Assembly (NCBI GenBank): GCA_963796055.1
Contig: CAWCKH010000004.1
Coordinates: forward strand, 2,112,001-2,176,000
Source of the DNA: an uncultured delta proteobacterium
GTDB lineage: Bacteria; Myxococcota; Myxococcia; Myxococcales; Myxococcaceae
Direction of reading: 5' to 3'
DNA: 64,000 bases
Part shown: positions 29,734 through 39,176 of the stretch, piece by piece
Position numbering within the stretch: position 1 is the stretch's first letter
Layout of the letters: every line of letters starts with the position of its first letter
Notes under the pieces: generated by a model
The model's database searches: none
What the model was told of the DNA's origin: nothing
Seen by the model: the letters and a program-made list of their open reading frames with translations, nothing else
Made by a program: the position numbers and the translations under genes

Positions 29734-31614
29734 CTAGACCGGGCGCCTTCTGCGGACGAATGCCAGGAGTCCGAGCAGCGCGAGCCATGGGCTCGGAGCG
29801 CCGATGGCACTGGTGCAGCCACCGCCTCCGCCCTGGAGGCTCACGGTCAGTTTCGCCTGGTCGTTCGCGGCGTTGAAGTTCGACACCGAGGCGACCGTCG
29901 CGGTGCTGGTGCCGCTGCCCGAGCTGGCACCCTTCACCTTGGTGGTGATGGTCTTCGTCGCGCCGACGGCGAGATCGCCCAGTGCGCAGGGGAAGGCCGT
30001 GGTGCAGTCCCCGGAATTGGAGACGAAGCTCAGCCCGGAAAGTGCGTTGCTCACCGTCACCGCGGGGGCGACGTACGGTCCGGGGTTGGTCACGGTGAAG
30101 GTGAAGGTGCCCTCCTGGCCCGACTGGAGCGAGGAGGGCCCCCGGCCGGTGATCGCCAGGTCGACCGGAAACCACCCGATGTCGCGCATCAGCGGGAGTG
30201 TCAGGTCCAGGCTGTGGGTGAGGTCCGGGGAGATGAACGGCTCCATCAGGAGATTGGGGAACGCCGAGGTGTCCCAGTGCGAGATCGATGATCCTGGCGA
30301 CAGCGTACCGGGGGCGTAGAGCAGCGGGCGCGCCGCGCTGTCCGCTCCCTGATAGCCCTGGCTCGAATCCCGGACGATGGACGCGTTCACCGACCCGGCA
30401 TGGACGGCGTCCCTCAGCGCCTGCCCGTCGGTCTGGGTCATCATCAGGACGGGGATGGTGACGTCAGGGGCCGTCCCGGAGGGAATGGTCAGCGGCGGAT
30501 TGGTGGTGTTGTTGGCGATGAGCAGGCCGATCGCTCCGGCATCCTGGGCGTTCCGAGCCTTCTCCACGAAGGTGCAGCCCGCGTCCGCCATGGGCCCACC
30601 GCGGTCGAGGATGGCGATCTTCCCGTCCAGCGGGTCCAGCTTTCCCTGGGCGGTGCAACCCCAGCCCGTCGAGCCCACTCCCAGGTGCCCCGAGAGCGCG
30701 TCGGTGCCGATCTGCCCGCTGAACTGGGCCACGCTGACCTGCGTGTAGTCCTTCACCACCGAAGGGGTGTTGGGGGCCTCCGTCACCCGGACGAGCGGAG
30801 GGAAGGCGAGGGTGCTCGGCACCGCCGCCTTCACCGAGGGACCATCCCACGCCAGCCCGCCGCTCACCGCCGACGCCTTGCGACCCGAAGCGGACAGATC
30901 CGCCCAGTGGGAGCCCGTCTCTTCGTCGTAGAGGAAGTACGCCCAGATGTCCGGCTCGTTCATCGGGGGTAACTCGCCGGTGCTGCTGTCGCTGAGGCTC
31001 AGGTACCCGAGCCCATGGCCGAACTCGTGCAGCACCACCGTGAGCAGGTCGATGGAGTTTCCGTGCTGGTCATCCAGCCCGTAGTACCAGGTGAGCCCGC
31101 CGCAGTTCGTGGTCTCGGGGCTGTCGAGCGACGAGTTGAAGCGAGCGACGATGTCGAAGTTGACCGGATCGGTCCCCGCGCCGGAGAGCAGCTGCTGCGC
31201 GGCGAAGCGCTGGGTCTCGGCCGAGACGTACCAGGTCTTCTGCCGGGGGAAGACGCTCGGTGCCACGCCACCGTCGAGCGAGGGGTCATCGCTGGAGAAG
31301 ATGTTGGTGGGCCCGGCGCGACCGAGCACCGCGCCGCTGCTGTCACAGGTCAGCGGCTCGAAGTGGGCGAGCACGGAGATGGGAATCGGGCTGTCCAGCA
31401 CCTCGCCCCACATCGCCGCCGCCTTCTGGAACACCGCCAGCCGCTGGGCGCCTCGCGTGGTGCCCGGGTTGCCTCCCACCGGGTCCACGCGGGTGGGGTC
31501 GTTGAAGCCAGTGTTCGGCCCGTCGCCATTCACGACGACCAGGGTCGCCTTGCCGGACGCGGCCGGCGCCACGAGCAGCAGCACCGCGGGGAGGAGGCCA
31601 CCCAGCCTCTTCAC
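29734..31614 (-). CDS. Surface zinc metalloprotease with PA domain, DUF11-like Ig domain and MYXO-CTERM-like tail (copy 1)
   Basis: Signal peptide, VLHEFGHGLG, PA motif GKIAILDRG..CTFVEKARNAQDAGA, SISHWD and LLMEP. Tail GGGCTSAIGAPSPWLALLGLLAFVRRRR. Confidence 0.85.
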   Translation of the reverse strand: MKRLGGLLPAVLLLVAPAASGKATLVVVNGDGPNTGFNDPTRVDPVGGNPGTTRGAQRLAVFQKAAAMWGEVLDSPIPISVLAHFEPLTCDSSGAVLGRAGPTNIFSSDDPSLDGGVAPSVFPRQKTWYVSAETQRFAAQQLLSGAGTDPVNFDIVARFNSSLDSPETTNCGGLTWYYGLDDQHGNSIDLLTVVLHEFGHGLGYLSLSDSSTGELPPMNEPDIWAYFLYDEETGSHWADLSASGRKASAVSGGLAWDGPSVKAAVPSTLAFPPLVRVTEAPNTPSVVKDYTQVSVAQFSGQIGTDALSGHLGVGSTGWGCTAQGKLDPLDGKIAILDRGGPMADAGCTFVEKARNAQDAGAIGLLIANNTTNPPLTIPSGTAPDVTIPVLMMTQTDGQALRDAVHAGSVNASIVRDSSQGYQGADSAARPLLYAPGTLSPGSSISHWDTSAFPNLLMEPFISPDLTHSLDLTLPLMRDIGWFPVDLAITGRGPSSLQSGQEGTFTFTVTNPGPYVAPAVTVSNALSGLSFVSNSGDCTTAFPCALGDLAVGATKTITTKVKGASSGSGTSTATVASVSNFNAANDQAKLTVSLQGGGGGCTSAIGAPSPWLALLGLLAFVRRRRPV

Positions 31615-31958
31615 TGGCCAGCCCCGCTGCCGCCGGCAGCGAGGAACGACTCGGCGGCAGGAGCGCTGTCCACGCAGCTGATGGACGGCTTGCCGTCCGG
31701 ACCCATGCGTCCGACCAGCACGTGGCCGAAGCCGGAGGCGAGGCTCGCCCTCCGCATCCGCTCGCCGCTCGGCAGGGTGATGCTCTGCTGGCGCAGCTCG
31801 GACCAATCGGTGGCCACGCGGACCGCCTCCACGACCGACCTGGCCCCGGCGCTCGCCGCCGGCGCGGGGAGCTCGGGCCCAGCGTTGCAGGCAGTCAGCG
31901 CGCACAGCGCAAGGACCCACACGCCCGTCCAGCTGGCGCGCCACAGATGTCCGTTCAT
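31611..31958 (-). CDS. Small lipoprotein coupled to the PA-domain protease (copy 1)
   Basis: GGAGG RBS, lipobox LTAC, motif VLVGRMGPDGKPSISCVDS. GTGA overlap with the protease start. Confidence 0.75.
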   Translation of the reverse strand: MNGHLWRASWTGVWVLALCALTACNAGPELPAPAASAGARSVVEAVRVATDWSELRQQSITLPSGERMRRASLASGFGHVLVGRMGPDGKPSISCVDSAPAAESFLAAGGSGAGQ

Positions 31959-32025
31959 GCGTCCTCCACAACCTCCCCTGCCCCGAGCCTAGGACACTCA
32001 ATCCGTCCGGTGTTTCGACTAATCT

Positions 32026-32051
32026 TCCTACACAGAGCCGATGTTGTAGGA
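32026..32051. promoter_or_regulatory. Inverted repeat TCCTACA-N12-TGTAGGA in a divergent promoter region
   Basis: Perfect 7-bp arms in an AT-richer gap between two divergent lipoprotein genes. Confidence 0.4.
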
Positions 32052-32059
32052 CGGGTGCG

Positions 32060-32800
32060 ATGCGCCCCGCCTCGTCTCTGGTCGTCGTCTCGCTCGCCGT
32101 CCTCTCCGGCTGCTCCCGGAGCCCGTCCACCGCCCGGGAGGAGCCGCCCAACGTCTCCGCCCCTCCGGGGGGCACCCGCGCGCAGGAGGCAGTCACCGCG
32201 GCGCAGCGAGATTCCGGCATCCCGGCACCGGGCGCGGTGGCGCGTCCGCACCCCGGTGGGGACGGCGGCACCCCACAGGCAGTCCGGGTGAAGATCGAAC
32301 CGCTCACCCGGTTCCAGATCGTCCCCATGGGCGAGGCCGCGGTGACGCCGGCCCGGTCGGCACTGGACGCGCTCCGGGCACGGTACGTCGGCTACGGATT
32401 CGAGCTCGGGCCCGTGGTCCCCATGCCCTCGCCCCCCCCGCGGAGCTGCACCGAGCTCCTCACCAGCCGGGTGGCTGCCCGGGGAACCGTCTTCGTGACG
32501 CCGGGAACGCTGGCCTGCCCGACGCCGTTCGGCGCGGTGAACCCGGCCCTCAGTGCGGGCGTGGTGCCGCTCGGTGCGCTCGGTCCCTGGGGTCCGGTGG
32601 CGGAGCGTCGTCTGAGCGCGCTGCTCGGCTCCATGGTCGGCGAGCTCATCGGCCTGTCGATGCTCTGCAGCGACGGCCGGAGGTGCTGCGCGCTGCGGAA
32701 GGCGCCCGATCTGACGACGCTCGATGCGCAGGCGGCCGCCTCCTGTCCCGCGCACGCCCGGGAGCTCGACCGGATCCGCGAGGCCTCGGGGATGCAGTGA
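32060..32800 (+). CDS. Lipoprotein with a degenerate archaemetzincin-like C-terminus
   Basis: Lipobox LSGC. C-terminal GSMVGELIGLSMLCSDGRRCCALRKAPDLTTLDAQAAASCPAH follows archaemetzincin spacing but lacks HExxH. Confidence 0.6.
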   Translation: MRPASSLVVVSLAVLSGCSRSPSTAREEPPNVSAPPGGTRAQEAVTAAQRDSGIPAPGAVARPHPGGDGGTPQAVRVKIEPLTRFQIVPMGEAAVTPARSALDALRARYVGYGFELGPVVPMPSPPPRSCTELLTSRVAARGTVFVTPGTLACPTPFGAVNPALSAGVVPLGALGPWGPVAERRLSALLGSMVGELIGLSMLCSDGRRCCALRKAPDLTTLDAQAAASCPAHARELDRIREASGMQ

Positions 32801-32807
32801 GGGTGTC

Positions 32808-34151
32808 CTAGAACGCGCGCCCGCCCTCGACCTCGGTCACCAGCCGCTTCCGGTATGCGTGGTAGTCCACCTCGACCGCGTGGCGGATCGAATCGGTGAA
32901 GGCGTAGTCCGGGTGCTCCAGCTCTCGGCGGATGGCCGCCTCGATGTTCGCCGGACGCTTCCAGGCGCCCAGCAGCGCCCGGGCCACCAGCTTCCCCTGC
33001 CAGTCCGAGAGCGGCCAGATACAGCCCTGCGGCTGGAACAGCCCGATGAAGAAGAGGTCCGGGAACCGGGGGTGGAAGATCTTGAGGTACAGCGGGACCT
33101 GCCGCCCGGAGTAGTCGCCCACCTCCGCGGTGTCCAGAAAGGGAAAGCGGGTCACGTAGCCGGTCGCGGCGATGATCACCTCGAACTCCGCCGACGTTCC
33201 GTCAACGAAGTGGACCGACTTGCCCTGGAAGCGGGCGATGTCGGGGCGCGGATGCACCCGCCCATGGCGGATGAAGTAGAAGAGCTCTGAGTTGAGCGTC
33301 GGGTGTGCCTCGAGCGGCCCGTGCTCCGGCTCGGGAAGCCCGTAGTCCGAGTTCCGTCCCTGCACCAGGCGGATGGTCAGCTTCATCGCCCGCTGCCGGA
33401 TGGGCCTGGGGAGCTTGCGCATCAGCCGCTCGTTGATGACGTCGCTGGGCAGCCCCATCAGGAACTTGGGGATGAACCAGTAGCCGCGGCGCATGCTGAT
33501 CTCGGTGCGGGCCGAGACCCGCGAGGTCTCCACCGCGATGTCACAGGCGGAGTTCCCTCCCCCGATGACCAGCACCCGCTTCCCGGCGAAGGGCTCTGCG
33601 CTCTTGAAGGCGTGGCTGTGCAGGAGCTCGCCGTCGAATGTGCCCGGGTAGCTCGGCATCCGCGGGTCCCAGTGGTGGCCCGAGGCGACCAGCAACGCGG
33701 CGAACTCCTCCCGGCGGCCGTCGGCGAGCGTCACCGTCCAGCCGCCGCCTGGCCGGTGCCGCGCGCTCTGTACCTCGGTGCCGAGCTGCAGCACCCGGTT
33801 CACCCCGAATTGCCGCGCGTAGCTCTGGAAGTAGGCCTTCAGCTGGGCGTGCCCGGGGTAGTCGGGGTAGCCGTCGGGCATCGGGAAGTCCTCGTACTGC
33901 GACAGCCGCTTCGAGGAGATGATGTGGGTGGTCTCGAAGACGCTCGAGTGGCTGGGGTCGGGGCGGAAGATCCAGTTCCCGCCCACCTCGGTGTTCCGGT
34001 CGTAGACCACCACGTTGCGAAAGCCGGCGGCGAGGAGGTTCTTCGCCGCGGTGATGCCGGATGGCCCCGCCCCGATGACGCACACCCGTTGCTGGGTGGG
34101 GGCGGGCGAGACGGCGGGCCGGGGGGAGGCGTGCGACTGCTGCGGCTGCAT
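32808..34151 (-). CDS. Flavin-containing monooxygenase (FMO-like)
   Basis: VIGAGPSG (FAD), FDGELLHSHAFK (FMO motif), VIGGGNSACD (NADPH) and ATGY. Confidence 0.92.
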   Translation of the reverse strand: MQPQQSHASPRPAVSPAPTQQRVCVIGAGPSGITAAKNLLAAGFRNVVVYDRNTEVGGNWIFRPDPSHSSVFETTHIISSKRLSQYEDFPMPDGYPDYPGHAQLKAYFQSYARQFGVNRVLQLGTEVQSARHRPGGGWTVTLADGRREEFAALLVASGHHWDPRMPSYPGTFDGELLHSHAFKSAEPFAGKRVLVIGGGNSACDIAVETSRVSARTEISMRRGYWFIPKFLMGLPSDVINERLMRKLPRPIRQRAMKLTIRLVQGRNSDYGLPEPEHGPLEAHPTLNSELFYFIRHGRVHPRPDIARFQGKSVHFVDGTSAEFEVIIAATGYVTRFPFLDTAEVGDYSGRQVPLYLKIFHPRFPDLFFIGLFQPQGCIWPLSDWQGKLVARALLGAWKRPANIEAAIRRELEHPDYAFTDSIRHAVEVDYHAYRKRLVTEVEGGRAF

Positions 34152-34270
34152 GGCCGCTCACGTTTGCACAACCGCTCGTCCTGCGGGGACCCACGGGCTC
34201 CCACTCGCAGGCCGACGAGGGGAGGGAATCGGGGAGCGTTCTGGTAACCTCGTGGGCCACTCCGGCGCCC

Positions 34271-36889
34271 ATGACGTCCCCTCCCGTCTCCGACCCCACA
34301 CCGCCCGAGGACCGGTCCCGGCACCGCCTGGTCCTCGCCGAACGTCCGCCTCCGCCGCCCGGCCCGCCCTGGAAGGCCTGGCTGCGACGTAGCTGGAAGG
34401 TCCTCGCCTTCTGCGGGCTGGTGGGGGTGACCGCCGCGTTCGTGGTCGGCTCAGCGGTCTACTACGCGTTCAGCGAGGGCCTCCCCGACATTCCCCGGGT
34501 GGCGGCCTGGGCGCCGCCCATCCTCACCGAGGTCTACGCCGACGACCAGGTGCTGGCGGGCGAGTTCTACGACGAGCGGCGCAAGGTGGTGCCCTACGAG
34601 CGCATCCCCAAGCGCCTGGTGCAGGCGTTCATCGCCTCGGAGGACGCGAGCTTCTTCGACCACCCGGGCATCGACGCCTTCGGCACTCTCCGCGCGGCGA
34701 TCAAGACGGTGCTCAAGAAGTCCACCGGCGCCGGCAGCGTGCAGGGTGGCTCGACGCTCACCCAGCAGACCGCCAAGGCGCTCCTCATCTCCTCCGAGGG
34801 TTTCGAGCGGGCGACCCGGCGCAGCGGCTCCGCCGGGCTGAAGCGCAAGGCGCGCGAGGCGATCCTCGCGCTCCGGCTGGAGAAGACGCTGAAGAAGGAG
34901 GAGATCCTCTACCTCTACCTGAACGGGGTCTACCTCGGGCACCACAGCTACGGAGTGCAGGCCGCCGCCGAGAACTACTTCCGCAAGGACGTGCGCGACC
35001 TCACCCTGGCCGAGGCGGCGCTGATCGCCGGACTCCCGCAGGCCCCGAGCAAGTACTCGCCGTTTCTGAATCCAAAGTCGGCCAAGGCCCGCCGGGGCTA
35101 CGTGCTGGGGCAGATGAAGGACAAGGGGATGATCTCCCGCGCCGAGTACGACGCGGCGATGGCCGAGGAGATCCGCGTCTATCCGGTGGAGGACGTGTTC
35201 CACGAGTTCGCGCCCTACTTCGTGGAGCAGGTGCGCAAGGACGTGGTGCAGCGCTACGGGAACCCCACCTTGCTCCGGGGCGGGCTCAAGGTCTTCACCA
35301 CCATGGACTCGGAGAAGCAGCGCGCCGCGCAGGAGGCGATGCTGGGCGGGCTCCTCCAGGTGGACAAGCGGCAGGGCTTCCGCGGTCCGGTGATGACCCT
35401 GGACACGCCCGAGCAGCGCAAGGCCTTCATCGACCGGAGCGAGAAGGCGCTCGCCGGTCAGCCCATCGAAAACAACCGCTACTACGTGGCCCTGGTGACC
35501 GCGGTGGGCGACACCCGGGTGGACGTCCAGGTCGGGACCCACAAGGGAGTGCTCCCCCTGCTGGGCATGCGCTGGGCGCGCAAGGTGAACCCCGAGGCCT
35601 ACTACCCGGGGGCGATGCTCACCTCGGCGAAGAAGGTGGTGAAGCCGGGCGACGTCGTCGTGGTGCGCTCCGTCCAGGCGAAGGAGCTCACCGACGATCG
35701 GGAGCAGTACGACCGGCGGCTCTTCGACGCGCTCCCCCAGAACGTGCAGCTCTACCGGCTGGAGCAGGAGCCCGAGCTGCAGGGCGCGCTGGTCTCCATC
35801 GATCCCCATCGCCAGTACCTCTCGGCGATGGTGGGCGGCTACGACTTCGACGCCAACGAGTACAACCGGGCGTTCCAGGCCTGCCGGCAGCCGGGGAGCA
35901 GCTTCAAGCCGCTGGTGTACTCGGCGGCGCTGGAGAAGCTGAACTGGACCGAGGCCCACGTCATCGTGGACAGCCCCATCGTGGAGAACGATCCCGCGCA
36001 CCAGGTCCGCTGGAAGCCGGAGAACTACACCGAGGACTTCCACGGCGACGTGCTGCTCCGCACCGCCCTGGTCAACTCGATGAACATCCCCGCGGTGAAG
36101 ACCTTCATCGCGGTGGGCATCGACCCGATGGCGCAGTGGGTGAAGAAGCTGGGCCTGAGCACCCCGATGAACCGCGACTTCTCGGCGGCGCTGGGCAGCT
36201 CCTGTGTCTACCCCTTCGAGCTGGCGCAGGTGTACGCCACCTTCAACCGGCTGGGGGTGAAGAAGCCCACGTACATGCTCCGCAAGGTCGAGGACCGGTA
36301 CGGCCGGACGCTCGAGGACCACACCGCCTTCGACGACCCCTGGGCCTCCTTGACCGACCGGATCGCCGGCGGCTACGCGCGGCTCTACGCCCCCGGCGAG
36401 CAGGTGATCTCGCCCGAGTCGACGTGGATCCTCACCGACCTGCTCCGCGGCGTGGTGCGCGAGGGGACCGGCACCCCGGCCCAGCGGCTGGGCAAGCCGG
36501 CGGCGGGAAAGACCGGGACCACCAACGACTCGTTCGACGCCTGGTTCGCCGGGTTCACCCGGGATCTGGTGACCGTGGCCTGGGTGGGCTACGACTTGAA
36601 CCCGCACCCGCTTGCCCGCTACGAGACCGGCGGCCGCGCCGCGCTCCCCATCTGGGTGAGCTACATGCAGCGGGCGCTGGACGGACGGCCCCAGCCCGAA
36701 TTCGCCCCGCCGGACTGGCTGCAGGACGCGCTGGTACGCCGGGTGGTGGACACCAAGACCGGCAAGCTGGCCTCGGGGGCGAGCCGCACCGCGGCGGTGA
36801 TGTGGTTCAAGAAGGGCACCGAGCCCGAGGAGAAGACGCTGCCCAAGGACCACGTCGACCCGTCGAAGTTCATGAACCTGCCGAACTAG
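34271..36889 (+). CDS. mrcA: Penicillin-binding protein 1A (class A PBP)
   Basis: TM anchor; glycosyltransferase motifs SEDASFFDHPG and QGGSTLTQQ; transpeptidase motifs GSSFK, SMN and GKTGTTN. Confidence 0.93.
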   Translation: MTSPPVSDPTPPEDRSRHRLVLAERPPPPPGPPWKAWLRRSWKVLAFCGLVGVTAAFVVGSAVYYAFSEGLPDIPRVAAWAPPILTEVYADDQVLAGEFYDERRKVVPYERIPKRLVQAFIASEDASFFDHPGIDAFGTLRAAIKTVLKKSTGAGSVQGGSTLTQQTAKALLISSEGFERATRRSGSAGLKRKAREAILALRLEKTLKKEEILYLYLNGVYLGHHSYGVQAAAENYFRKDVRDLTLAEAALIAGLPQAPSKYSPFLNPKSAKARRGYVLGQMKDKGMISRAEYDAAMAEEIRVYPVEDVFHEFAPYFVEQVRKDVVQRYGNPTLLRGGLKVFTTMDSEKQRAAQEAMLGGLLQVDKRQGFRGPVMTLDTPEQRKAFIDRSEKALAGQPIENNRYYVALVTAVGDTRVDVQVGTHKGVLPLLGMRWARKVNPEAYYPGAMLTSAKKVVKPGDVVVVRSVQAKELTDDREQYDRRLFDALPQNVQLYRLEQEPELQGALVSIDPHRQYLSAMVGGYDFDANEYNRAFQACRQPGSSFKPLVYSAALEKLNWTEAHVIVDSPIVENDPAHQVRWKPENYTEDFHGDVLLRTALVNSMNIPAVKTFIAVGIDPMAQWVKKLGLSTPMNRDFSAALGSSCVYPFELAQVYATFNRLGVKKPTYMLRKVEDRYGRTLEDHTAFDDPWASLTDRIAGGYARLYAPGEQVISPESTWILTDLLRGVVREGTGTPAQRLGKPAAGKTGTTNDSFDAWFAGFTRDLVTVAWVGYDLNPHPLARYETGGRAALPIWVSYMQRALDGRPQPEFAPPDWLQDALVRRVVDTKTGKLASGASRTAAVMWFKKGTEPEEKTLPKDHVDPSKFMNLPN

Positions 36890-36922
36890 GTCAGGGCGGC
36901 CGCACCCAGCTAGGGTGGGTCA
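36887..36922. repeat. Single short copy of the 4086 repeat core (TAGGTCAGGGCGGCCGCA)
   Basis: 18 bp identical to 4084-4101, again starting at a TAG stop codon between convergent genes. Confidence 0.8.
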
Positions 36923-37684
36923 CCGCCCGCCGCCTTTGCCCATCACCCGGGCGATCACCGCCTCCGGGACCAGCCGCGCGGCGCGGGTGGCGAGCACCAT
37001 CGGCCACGGGTAGGCGAAGCGCTTGTCGCCCCGGAGGATGGCCCGCCCCATGCGGTCAGCGGCGTCGTCGGTCTCGAGCAGGAACGGCATCTTGAACCTG
37101 TTCTTCGCCGTCATCTCGCTCTTCACGAATCCGGGGTTGATGCAGGTAACGGCGACCCCGGCGCCCTTGAGGTCGAGGTGGAGGCCGTCGCAGTAGACTT
37201 GGAGGAACATCTTCGTCGCTGCGTAGACGCCCATCCTCGGGGTCACGATCCAGCCGGCGAGCGAGGAGATCCCCACCAGGTGGCCGCGCCCCCGCGCGGC
37301 CATGCGCGGAGCGAGGGTGGCCAGCGTCGCCGCCGCGCCGGTGACGTTCACCTGGATCATCCGCTCCACCCTGTCCCAGGTGTCCTTGCGGGGATTGGCC
37401 TCGCCGCCCACGCCGGCGTTGGCAATGACCACGTCCAGTCCGCCCTGGGCCTGGTCGTCGACCTTTGGAAGCGTCCCGCGGATGGCGGGGACGTCCGAGA
37501 CGTCGAGCGCGAGCGGGACGATGGTGCCGGGCCGGGCGCCCGGGTCGGCGGCGAGGGTGTCGAGGAGCTCGGTTCGCCGGGCGGCGGCCCAGACCTTCGC
37601 GCCCCGGCGGGCGAACCACAGCGCGAGCGCGCGCCCGAGACCGCTGGACGCGCCGGTGACGAGGACGTTGTGAGGCTCGGTCAC
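36920..37684 (-). CDS. SDR family oxidoreductase
   Basis: VLVTGASSGLG, ANAG, ISS, YAATK and PGFVKS. Confidence 0.92.
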   Translation of the reverse strand: MTEPHNVLVTGASSGLGRALALWFARRGAKVWAAARRTELLDTLAADPGARPGTIVPLALDVSDVPAIRGTLPKVDDQAQGGLDVVIANAGVGGEANPRKDTWDRVERMIQVNVTGAAATLATLAPRMAARGRGHLVGISSLAGWIVTPRMGVYAATKMFLQVYCDGLHLDLKGAGVAVTCINPGFVKSEMTAKNRFKMPFLLETDDAADRMGRAILRGDKRFAYPWPMVLATRAARLVPEAVIARVMGKGGGR

Positions 37685-39021
37685 TTCGAAGCTCCTCCCG
37701 TCGAGGGAATCGCGCGGGCGCGTTGCCGCGTCCAGAACGCGTAGACCGGAAGCCCGGCCAGGACCAGCCCGAGGCCGACGAGGGTGTTGAACGGGTAGGC
37801 CCAGGCGGTGGCGAGGACCACCAGCGCGGCCACGGTGACGAAGCCGGCGGTGGTGAACGGATGGCCCGGGACCTGGAAGCGGATCTCCTCCCCGGGGGCA
37901 GCCCGCCTGCGGAGCACGAACAGCGAGGCCGCGGAGAGCCCGAAGAACACCCAGTCCGCCGAGACCACGTAGCCGAGGATCTGCTCGTAGCGGCCGGAGA
38001 AGGCCACCCCGATGCCCAGCGCGGCCTGCAGGACGATGGCCACCACCGGGGCGCGCGTACGCTCCGACACCCGGGCCACGCCGGGGAAGAAGACGCCATC
38101 GGCAGCCATCGCGAAGTAGACCCGGGGCATGGTCAGCATCGAGTGGCTCAGGAACCCCAGGGTGGAGAGAGCGATGCCCAGGGCGACCAGGGTGGCCCCT
38201 CGTTGACCGAGCAGCGCGCGCATCAGGGTCGAGGCGGGGGTTCCGGTGGCCGCCAGCCCCTCGGGCCCGAGGCCCCGGAGGTAGACCCAGTTGGCGCCGA
38301 GGTAGAGGACGACCACCCCGGCCACCCCGGCGACCAGCGCGCGCGGGAGGTTGCGCCGTGGGTCTCGCACCTCGGCAGCGATGAAGTTCGCCGCCTGCCA
38401 GCCGCCGTAGGCGAAGAGCACCGGCACCATCGTCGCCCCGAACGCCAGCAGGCCGTCCGGGTGCGCGGTGGCGACCGGACGCGGGGGAGGCAAGTGCAGG
38501 AGGCCCACGACGATCAGCGCCAGGAGCACGGCGATCTTCAGCACCATCAGCACGCCCTGGACCAGGCTGCCGCTCTTCACCCCCAGGCAGTTGACGGCGG
38601 CGAGCAGCACCAGCGTCAGGACGGCGACCAGCGTCTCGTCCAGCGCGATGCCGGTGAGCTCCACCGCGTACCGGCCGAAGGTGACCGCGACCGCGGCGGT
38701 GCCTCCGGCGTTGATGACCACCAGGAGCGCCCATCCGTAGAGAAAGCCCACCGCGGGATGGAACGCCTCGCGCAGGTAGGCGTACTGCCCGCCGACGCGG
38801 GGCATCCGCTCGGCCAGCTCGGCGTAGACGAACGCGCCGACCAGCGCCACCGCGCCGCCGACGAGCCAGGCGCCGAGGATCAGCGGCGCGGAGTGGACGT
38901 GCCGGGCGACCACGGAGGGGTTGATGAAGATGCCGGACCCGACGATGCCGCCCATGACCACCAGCGTCGCCTCGACCAGGCCGAGCCGAGGGACCAGAGA
39001 GGAAGGGGCGGCCGGGGGCAC
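37681..39021 (-). CDS. APC family amino acid permease
   Basis: GGIVGSGIF, GGQYAYL, FAYGGW and EVRDPRRNLPRA. Start is approximate. Confidence 0.9.
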   Translation of the reverse strand: MPPAAPSSLVPRLGLVEATLVVMGGIVGSGIFINPSVVARHVHSAPLILGAWLVGGAVALVGAFVYAELAERMPRVGGQYAYLREAFHPAVGFLYGWALLVVINAGGTAAVAVTFGRYAVELTGIALDETLVAVLTLVLLAAVNCLGVKSGSLVQGVLMVLKIAVLLALIVVGLLHLPPPRPVATAHPDGLLAFGATMVPVLFAYGGWQAANFIAAEVRDPRRNLPRALVAGVAGVVVLYLGANWVYLRGLGPEGLAATGTPASTLMRALLGQRGATLVALGIALSTLGFLSHSMLTMPRVYFAMAADGVFFPGVARVSERTRAPVVAIVLQAALGIGVAFSGRYEQILGYVVSADWVFFGLSAASLFVLRRRAAPGEEIRFQVPGHPFTTAGFVTVAALVVLATAWAYPFNTLVGLGLVLAGLPVYAFWTRQRARAIPSTGGASK

Positions 39022-39176
39022 CGCTCGGGAGCGTAGCCCGGTCGGCACCGTCGATCCGGCACACCGGGGGCAGCGGAGGCGGAAATCGTCAAGGCCAGTG
39101 TTGGCTTTTTTGGGCCTACCCCTTCCCTCGGCGACCTGCCGTGCCTCTCTTGCAGCGCACAGGAGACCTGGGCGGA

